A stretch of DNA of 64,000 nucleotides. Origin: Escherichia coli. GTDB taxonomy: Bacteria > Pseudomonadota > Gammaproteobacteria > Enterobacterales > Enterobacteriaceae. Within the stretch, counting starts at the first letter, position 1, and each line of letters begins with the position of its first letter. Of the stretch, positions 57,111 to 64,000 are shown piece after piece. The stretch lies in the NCBI RefSeq assembly GCF_009931435.1, contig NZ_CP043414.1. One strand, 5' to 3'. Both the position numbers and the translations under genes were made by a program. The notes below the pieces were generated by a model that was not told the origin of the DNA, ran no database searches, and saw nothing but the letters and a program-made list of their open reading frames with translations.

Positions 57111-57361
57111 AGTGAGTCCTTAAATACCATGCAAATTTTTTTACCGCCATAGTATGAAACTGCCGCTGCGCTAAAACAATTTCAAATCTTCCTAAACGCC
57201 CGAAATCCGGTGCCTTAAGCACTTTTTGATATTAGCTTTGCCAAATCGTTATTCCGTTAAGGAACTACTCATTCTAATTGGTAATTTCATTCGTTCTCTT
57301 ACGCTCCCTATAGTCGAAACATCTGATGGCAAGAAAATAGCGGTATTGCAAAGGAACGGTT

Positions 57362-58270
57362 ATGGATCAAAAACGACTTACTCACCTGCGGCAACTGGAG
57401 GCGGAAAGCATCCACATTATTCGCGAGGTGGCGGCAGAATTCTCAAATCCGGTGATGCTCTACTCTATCGGTAAAGATTCCAGCGTCATGCTGCATCTGG
57501 CGCGCAAGGCGTTTTATCCGGGTACGCTGCCTTTCCCTCTGCTGCATGTTGATACTGGCTGGAAATTCCGCGAGATGTATGAGTTTCGCGATCGTACGGC
57601 TAAAGCCTATGGCTGCGAGTTGCTGGTGCATAAAAACCCGGAAGGCGTGGCGATGGGGATTAATCCATTCGTACACGGCAGCGCAAAACATACCGATATT
57701 ATGAAAACCGAAGGTTTGAAGCAGGCGTTGAACAAGTACGGTTTTGATGCCGCCTTCGGTGGCGCACGTCGTGACGAAGAGAAATCCCGCGCTAAAGAGC
57801 GTATCTACTCTTTCCGTGATCGCTTCCATCGCTGGGACCCGAAAAATCAGCGCCCGGAACTGTGGCACAACTACAACGGGCAAATTAACAAAGGCGAAAG
57901 TATTCGTGTCTTCCCGCTCTCTAACTGGACCGAGCAGGATATCTGGCAATACATCTGGCTGGAAAATATTGACATTGTCCCACTGTATCTCGCCGCTGAA
58001 CGTCCGGTTCTGGAACGCGACGGTATGTTGATGATGATTGATGACAACCGTATCGACCTGCAACCGGGCGAAGTGATTAAAAAACGGATGGTGCGTTTCC
58101 GTACGCTGGGCTGCTGGCCGCTGACCGGCGCGGTGGAGTCAAATGCGCAAACACTGCCGGAAATCATCGAAGAGATGCTGGTTTCCACCACCAGTGAACG
58201 TCAGGGGCGCGTGATTGACCGCGACCAGGCGGGATCCATGGAGCTGAAAAAACGTCAGGGGTATTTTTAA
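57362..58270 (+). CDS. cysD: sulfate adenylyltransferase subunit 2
   Basis: 302-aa [30 protein letters not shown]... Confidence 0.96.
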   Translation: MDQKRLTHLRQLEAESIHIIREVAAEFSNPVMLYSIGKDSSVMLHLARKAFYPGTLPFPLLHVDTGWKFREMYEFRDRTAKAYGCELLVHKNPEGVAMGINPFVHGSAKHTDIMKTEGLKQALNKYGFDAAFGGARRDEEKSRAKERIYSFRDRFHRWDPKNQRPELWHNYNGQINKGESIRVFPLSNWTEQDIWQYIWLENIDIVPLYLAAERPVLERDGMLMMIDDNRIDLQPGEVIKKRMVRFRTLGCWPLTGAVESNAQTLPEIIEEMLVSTTSERQGRVIDRDQAGSMELKKRQGYF

Positions 58271-58271
58271 G

Positions 58272-59699
58272 ATGAACACCGTACTTGCACAACAAATCGC
58301 CAACGAAGGCGGCGTCGAAGCCTGGATGATTGCGCAACAACATAAAAGCCTGCTGCGTTTTCTGACCTGTGGTAGCGTCGATGACGGCAAAAGTACCCTG
58401 ATTGGTCGCCTGCTGCACGATACCCGCCAAATCTACGAAGATCAGCTCTCATCACTGCATAACGACAGTAAACGTCACGGCACCCAGGGCGAAAAACTGG
58501 ATCTGGCCCTGCTGGTGGACGGCCTGCAAGCTGAGCGTGAACAGGGCATCACCATTGATGTGGCTTACCGCTATTTCTCCACCGAGAAGCGTAAATTTAT
58601 CATTGCCGACACTCCCGGGCACGAGCAGTACACCCGCAATATGGCGACTGGCGCATCGACATGCGAACTGGCGATCTTACTGATCGATGCCCGTAAAGGC
58701 GTGCTCGATCAAACCCGTCGTCACAGTTTTATCTCCACGCTGTTGGGTATCAAACATCTGGTCGTGGCGATCAACAAAATGGATCTGGTGGGTTACAGCG
58801 AAGAGACGTTCACCCGCATTCGTGAAGATTATCTGACCTTTGCCGGGCAGCTGCCGGGTAATCTGGATATCCGCTTTGTGCCGCTCTCCGCACTGGAAGG
58901 CGACAACGTGGCTTCGCAAAGTGAAAGTATGCCGTGGTACAGCGGTCCGACACTGCTCGAAGTGCTGGAAACCGTGGAAATCCAGCGAGTGGTGGATGCT
59001 CAGCCAATGCGCTTTCCGGTGCAGTACGTTAACCGCCCGAATCTCGATTTTCGTGGCTACGCCGGAACGCTGGCATCCGGTCGCGTGGAAGTCGGGCAAC
59101 GTGTCAAAGTGCTGCCCTCTGGTGTGGAATCAAACGTCGCGCGGATCGTGACCTTTGATGGCGATCGCGAAGAAGCCTTTGCCGGAGAAGCGATCACCCT
59201 GGTGCTGACGGATGAGATCGACATCAGCCGTGGCGATCTGCTGCTGGCGGCAGACGAAGTGTTACCGGCTGTGCAGAGTGCGTCGGTGGATGTGGTGTGG
59301 ATGGCGGAACAGCCGCTTTCCCCGGGCCAGAGTTACGACATCAAAATTGCCGGTAAGAAGACGCGTGCTCGTGTTGATGGCATTCGTTATCAGGTTGATA
59401 TCAATAACCTTACCCAACGCGAAGTTGAAAACCTACCGCTGAACGGCATCGGCCTGGTAGATCTCACCTTTGACGAGCCACTGGTGTTAGATCGTTATCA
59501 GCAAAACCCGGTTACCGGTGGGCTGATTTTTATCGATCGCCTGAGTAATGTGACCGTAGGTGCCGGTATGGTGCACGAGCCAGTTAGCCAGGCAACTGCT
59601 GTGCCATCTGAATTCAGTGCATTCGAACTGGAATTGAATGCCCTGGTCCGTCGTCATTTCCCGCACTGGGGCGCTCGCGATTTACGGGGAGATAAATAA
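58272..59699 (+). CDS. cysN: sulfate adenylyltransferase subunit 1 (GTPase)
   Basis: 475-aa ORF with G-domain motifs ([21 protein letters not shown]). Confidence 0.96.
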   Translation: MNTVLAQQIANEGGVEAWMIAQQHKSLLRFLTCGSVDDGKSTLIGRLLHDTRQIYEDQLSSLHNDSKRHGTQGEKLDLALLVDGLQAEREQGITIDVAYRYFSTEKRKFIIADTPGHEQYTRNMATGASTCELAILLIDARKGVLDQTRRHSFISTLLGIKHLVVAINKMDLVGYSEETFTRIREDYLTFAGQLPGNLDIRFVPLSALEGDNVASQSESMPWYSGPTLLEVLETVEIQRVVDAQPMRFPVQYVNRPNLDFRGYAGTLASGRVEVGQRVKVLPSGVESNVARIVTFDGDREEAFAGEAITLVLTDEIDISRGDLLLAADEVLPAVQSASVDVVWMAEQPLSPGQSYDIKIAGKKTRARVDGIRYQVDINNLTQREVENLPLNGIGLVDLTFDEPLVLDRYQQNPVTGGLIFIDRLSNVTVGAGMVHEPVSQATAVPSEFSAFELELNALVRRHFPHWGARDLRGDK

Positions 59700-60304
59700 T
59701 GGCGCTGCATGACGAAAACGTCGTCTGGCATAGCCATCCGGTCACAGTGCAACAACGCGAGCAACACCACGGTCATCGTGGTGTTGTGTTGTGGTTTACC
59801 GGCCTATCCGGGTCCGGTAAATCCACGGTCGCCGGGGCGCTGGAGGAGGCGTTACATAACCTTGGTGTCAGTACGTATTTGCTGGATGGCGACAACGTCC
59901 GCCACGGCTTATGCAGCGATCTCGGTTTTAGCGATGCCGATCGTAAAGAGAATATCCGTCGCGTCGGTGAAGTGGCGAATTTAATGGTTGAAGCTGGACT
60001 GGTGGTGCTGACCGCTTTTATCTCGCCACACCGCGCCGAACGCCAGATGGTTCGCGAACGCGTAGGAGAAGGGCGTTTTATCGAAGTGTTTGTCGATACG
60101 CCGCTGGCGATTTGCGAGGCCCGCGATCCAAAAGGCTTATATAAGAAAGCACGTGCCGGTGAACTGCGTAACTTTACGGGAATAGATTCCGTTTACGAAG
60201 CACCTGAATCGGCAGAAATTCATCTCAATGGTGAACAATTAGTAACAAATTTGGTACAGCAATTATTAGATCTGTTGAGACAGAACGATATTATCAGATC
60301 CTGA
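59699..60304 (+). CDS. cysC: adenylyl-sulfate (APS) kinase
   Basis: 201-aa ORF with P-loop GLSGSGKST; start overlaps the cysN stop. Confidence 0.96.
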   Translation: MALHDENVVWHSHPVTVQQREQHHGHRGVVLWFTGLSGSGKSTVAGALEEALHNLGVSTYLLDGDNVRHGLCSDLGFSDADRKENIRRVGEVANLMVEAGLVVLTAFISPHRAERQMVRERVGEGRFIEVFVDTPLAICEARDPKGLYKKARAGELRNFTGIDSVYEAPESAEIHLNGEQLVTNLVQQLLDLLRQNDIIRS

Positions 60305-60353
60305 GACACCACCGGGTTTCCATGCCCGGTCCGTCAAAGTTACAGGATCAAAT

Positions 60354-60677
60354 ATGCGTAATAGCCATAACATTACACTAACAAATAACGACAGCCTTAC
60401 TGAGGATGAAGAAACCACATGGTCACTGCCAGGTGCTGTGGTCGGTTTTGTCTCCTGGTTATTTGCGCTGGCGATGCCGATGTTGATTTATGGCTCTAAC
60501 ACGCTGTTCTTCTTTATCTACACCTGGCCTTTCTTTCTGGCACTGATGCCTGTCGCGGTGGTGGTGGGGATTGCACTGCATTCATTGATGGACGGAAAGC
60601 TACGCTACAGTATTGTTTTCACCCTGGTGACAGTCGGCATTATGTTTGGCGCACTGTTTATGTGGCTACTGGGCTAA
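60354..60677 (+). CDS. ygbE: DUF3561 inner-membrane protein
   Basis: 107-aa hydrophobic ORF MRNSHNITLTNNDSLTEDEETTWSLPGAVVGFVSWLF... Confidence 0.8.
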   Translation: MRNSHNITLTNNDSLTEDEETTWSLPGAVVGFVSWLFALAMPMLIYGSNTLFFFIYTWPFFLALMPVAVVVGIALHSLMDGKLRYSIVFTLVTVGIMFGALFMWLLG

Positions 60678-60870
60678 TTTGTACTTTCCCGTCTCCTCTG
60701 TTCATAATTCAAACCGTAACGAATAATGAGATTATGTTCTGCACGCCCTGGGTATACGTAACAATGGACAAATGTGGTACATTTGCCCGCGTTGTCGCGG
60801 TATCCCCAACAGAGGATGTAGAGTCGTCTTCGGATGCATGGGATGATGATGCCGTTTTTCAGGGGGCAGG

Positions 60871-61182
60871 ATGGGTAAACTAACGCTGCTGTTGCTGGCT
60901 ATTCTGGTCTGGCTACAGTATTCGCTGTGGTTCGGTAAGAACGGTATACATGACTATACCCGCGTCAATGATGATGTGGCGGCACAGCAAGCTACAAACG
61001 CGAAACTTAAAGCGCGAAACGATCAACTTTTTGCCGAAATTGACGATCTCAATGGCGGCCAGGAGGCGCTCGAAGAGCGTGCGCGTAATGAACTCAGCAT
61101 GACCAGGCCGGGCGAAACTTTTTATCGTCTGGTGCCTGACGCGTCGAAACGCGCACAGTCTGCGGGGCAAAACACTCGATAA
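60871..61182 (+). CDS. ftsB: cell division protein FtsB
   Basis: 103-aa [56 protein letters not shown]... (TM plus coiled coil). Confidence 0.93.
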   Translation: MGKLTLLLLAILVWLQYSLWFGKNGIHDYTRVNDDVAAQQATNAKLKARNDQLFAEIDDLNGGQEALEERARNELSMTRPGETFYRLVPDASKRAQSAGQNTR

Positions 61183-61200
61183 ATCAGCCCGGGAATTAAC

Positions 61201-61911
61201 ATGGCAACCACTCATTTGGATGTTTGCGCCGTGGTTCCGGCGGCCGGATTTGGCCGTCGAATGCAAACGGAATGTCCTAAGCAATATCTCTCAATCGGTA
61301 ATCAAACCATTCTTGAACACTCGGTGCATGCGCTGCTGGCGCATCCCCGGGTGACTCGTGTCGTCATTGCCATAAGTCCTGGCGATAGCCGCTTTGCACA
61401 ACTTCCTCTGGCGAATCATCCGCAAATTACCGTTGTAGATGGCGGTAATGAGCGTGCCGATTCCGTGCTGGCAGGTCTGAAAGCCGCTGACGGCGCGCAG
61501 TGGGTATTGGTGCATGACGCCGCTCGTCCTTGTCTGCATCAGGATGACCTTGCGCGATTGTTGGCGTTGAGCGAAACCAGTCGCACAGGGGGGATCCTCG
61601 CCGCACCGGTGCGCGATACCATGAAACGTGCCGAACCTGGCAAAAATGCCATTGCTCATACCGTTGATCGCAACGGCTTATGGCACGCGCTGACGCCGCA
61701 ATTTTTCCCTCGTGAGCTGTTACATGACTGTCTGACGCGCGCTTTAAATGAAGGTGCGACTATTACCGACGAAGCCTCGGCGCTGGAATATTGCGGATTC
61801 CATCCGCAGTTGGTCGAAGGCCGCGCGGATAACATTAAAGTCACGCGTCCGGAAGATTTGGCACTGGCCGAGTTTTACCTCACCCGAACCATCCATCAGG
61901 AGAATACATAA
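61201..61911 (+). CDS. ispD: 2-C-methyl-D-erythritol 4-phosphate cytidylyltransferase
   Basis: 236-aa [25 protein letters not shown]... Confidence 0.95.
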   Translation: MATTHLDVCAVVPAAGFGRRMQTECPKQYLSIGNQTILEHSVHALLAHPRVTRVVIAISPGDSRFAQLPLANHPQITVVDGGNERADSVLAGLKAADGAQWVLVHDAARPCLHQDDLARLLALSETSRTGGILAAPVRDTMKRAEPGKNAIAHTVDRNGLWHALTPQFFPRELLHDCLTRALNEGATITDEASALEYCGFHPQLVEGRADNIKVTRPEDLALAEFYLTRTIHQENT

Positions 61912-62390
61912 TGCGAATTGGACACGGTTTTGACGTACACGCCTTTGGCGGTGAAGGCCCAATTATCATTGGTGGCGTACGCATTCCTTACGAAAAAGGG
62001 TTGCTGGCGCATTCTGATGGCGACGTGGCGTTACATGCGCTGACCGATGCATTGCTTGGTGCAGCGGCGTTGGGGGATATCGGCAAGCTGTTCCCGGATA
62101 CCGATCCATCATTTAAAGGGGCCGACAGCCGCGAATTGCTGCGCGAAGCCTGGCGTCGTATTCAGGCGAAGGGGTATACCCTCGGTAACGTCGATGTCAC
62201 TATCATCGCTCAGGCACCGAAGATGTTGCCGCATATTCCACAAATGCGCGTGTTTATTGCCGAAGATCTCGGCTGCCATATGGATGATGTTAACGTGAAA
62301 GCCACTACTACGGAAAAATTAGGATTTACCGGGCGTGGGGAAGGGATTGCCTGTGAAGCGGTGGCGCTACTCATTAAGGCAACAAAATGA
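61911..62390 (+). CDS. ispF: 2-C-methyl-D-erythritol 2,4-cyclodiphosphate synthase
   Basis: 159-aa [47 protein letters not shown]...; 1-nt overlap with the ispD stop. Confidence 0.96.
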   Translation: MRIGHGFDVHAFGGEGPIIIGGVRIPYEKGLLAHSDGDVALHALTDALLGAAALGDIGKLFPDTDPSFKGADSRELLREAWRRIQAKGYTLGNVDVTIIAQAPKMLPHIPQMRVFIAEDLGCHMDDVNVKATTTEKLGFTGRGEGIACEAVALLIKATK

Positions 62391-63436
62391 TTGAGTTTGA
62401 TAATCTCACTTACCTCCACGGTAAACCGCAAGGTACCGGGCTGCTGAAAGCCAATCCGGAAGACTTTGTGGTGGTGGAAGATTTGGGCTTTGAGCCTGAT
62501 GGTGAAGGTGAGCATATTCTGGTTAGAATCCTCAAAAACGGCTGTAATACCCGTTTTGTGGCGGATGCACTGGCGAAATTCCTGAAAATTCATGCCCGTG
62601 AAGTCAGCTTCGCTGGGCAAAAAGACAAACATGCTGTTACGGAACAGTGGTTATGCGCTCGCGTGCCAGGCAAAGAGATGCCCGATCTCAGTGCTTTTCA
62701 ACTGGAAGGTTGTCAGGTGCTGGAGTATGCGCGGCACAAGCGTAAGCTGCGTTTAGGGGCGCTGAAAGGTAACGCTTTTACCCTGGTACTCCGCGAAGTG
62801 AGCAATCGTGATGACGTTGAACAACGTCTGATCGATATTTGCGTAAAAGGTGTACCGAACTACTTTGGTGCCCAACGTTTTGGTATTAGCGGCAGCAACT
62901 TGCAGGGTGCGCTGCGCTGGGCGCAAACCAATACTCCGGTGCGTGATCGCAATAAACGGAGTTTTTGGTTGTCGGCAGCCCGCAGTGCGTTGTTTAATCA
63001 GATTGTTGCTGAGCGCCTCAAAAAAGCAGACGTTAATCAAGTTGTTGACGGCGATGCGCTACAATTAGCCGGACGTGGCAGCTGGTTTGTTGCCTCCAAT
63101 GAAGAACTGGCGGAATTACAGCGTCGCGTCAACGATAAAGAGCTGATGATTACTGCTGCATTGCCGGGCAGTGGCGAATGGGGAACTCAGCGTGAAGCGC
63201 TGGCATTCGAACAAGCAGCTGTCGCCGAAGAAACTGAATTGCAAGCCTTACTGGTGCGCGAAAAAGTTGAAGCCGCGCGCAGAGCGATGCTGCTGTATCC
63301 GCAACAATTAAGCTGGAACTGGTGGGATGACGTCACCGTAGAAATCCGTTTCTGGCTTCCGGCAGGCAGTTTTGCGACCAGCGTTGTCAGGGAACTTATC
63401 AACACAACAGGTGATTATGCGCATATTGCTGAGTAA
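62387..63436 (+). CDS. truD: tRNA pseudouridine(13) synthase
   Basis: 349-aa [49 protein letters not shown]... Confidence 0.94.
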
Positions 63437-64000
63437 TGATGACGGGGTACATGCACCCGGTATACAAACGCTGGCGAAAGCCTTGCGTGAGTTTGCTGAC
63501 GTTCAGGTGGTCGCCCCCGATCGTAACCGCAGCGGCGCTTCAAATTCTCTGACACTGGAATCCTCCTTGCGCACGTTTACCTTTGAAAATGGTGATATTG
63601 CTGTGCAAATGGGAACCCCGACCGATTGCGTCTATCTTGGCGTGAATGCTCTGATGCGTCCGCGCCCGGACATTGTTGTGTCGGGGATTAACGCCGGGCC
63701 GAATCTGGGGGATGATGTTATTTATTCCGGTACGGTAGCCGCCGCGATGGAGGGCCGTCATTTAGGCTTTCCGGCGCTTGCTGTCTCGCTTGACGGGCAT
63801 AAACATTACGACACTGCCGCGGCGGTAACCTGTTCCATTTTGCGCGCACTGTGTAAAGAGCCGTTGCGCACCGGGCGTATTCTCAATATTAACGTACCGG
63901 ATTTACCGTTGGATCAAATCAAAGGTATTCGCGTGACGCGCTGCGGTACCCGACATCCGGCAGATCAGGTGATCCCGCAGCAAGATCCGCGCGGCAATAC
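63417..64000 (+). CDS. surE: 5'/3'-nucleotidase SurE (N-terminal part; gene continues past window end)
   Basis: The ATG at 63417 gives [48 protein letters not shown]...; overlaps the truD 3' end by 20 nt. Confidence 0.9.

Noticed and set aside
60662-60883. 73-aa ORF in the ygbE-ftsB intergenic region
   Set aside because: Overlaps the ygbE 3' end, has no RBS and no recognisable features; likely the ftsB promoter region

Overview
This window reads as an Escherichia coli-type chromosomal segment, reverse-complemented relative to the K-12 map, running from sdaB/sdaC through to ispDF/truD/surE. All gene identifications rest on reading the supplied translations and comparing them with protein families from memory; no database search was run. 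Gene density is high (about 60 intact CDS) and no IS elements, tRNAs or rRNAs were seen. The main content is: (1) a complete type I-E CRISPR-Cas locus (cas3, cse1/casA, cse2/casB, cas7e/casC, cas5e/casD, cas6e/casE, cas1, cas2) with a cas2-proximal array of 19 repeats and 18 spacers; (2) a second array of 14 repeats and 13 spacers between queE and ygcE, plus a degenerate mini-array remnant; (3) csrB sRNA, the relA-mazEF-mazG region, a Hok-family type I toxin gene between cysH and cas3, barA, gudPXD, cysJIH, cysDNC, eno, pyrG and queD/queE/queF; (4) a lemA plus three tandem TPM-domain gene operon between eno and queE; (5) a poorly characterised redox/catabolic cluster (ygcE, yqcE, ygcWUSRQ, ygcNOP). 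The observations most worth follow-up are: canonical intrinsic-terminator hairpins in the 5' leaders of both divergent ygc operons, alongside a GlpP-like antiterminator gene (ygcP) in the same cluster; an apparently mosaic cas operon (cas3 to casE unlike the K-12 proteins as I recall them, cas1/cas2 K-12-like); a 14-nt leader motif at identical spacing upstream of both arrays; and a conserved 3' Gly/Ser-rich module in the three TPM paralogues. I did not find evidence for a wholly undescribed system beyond these. Spacer targets and self-targeting could not be assessed without a search.
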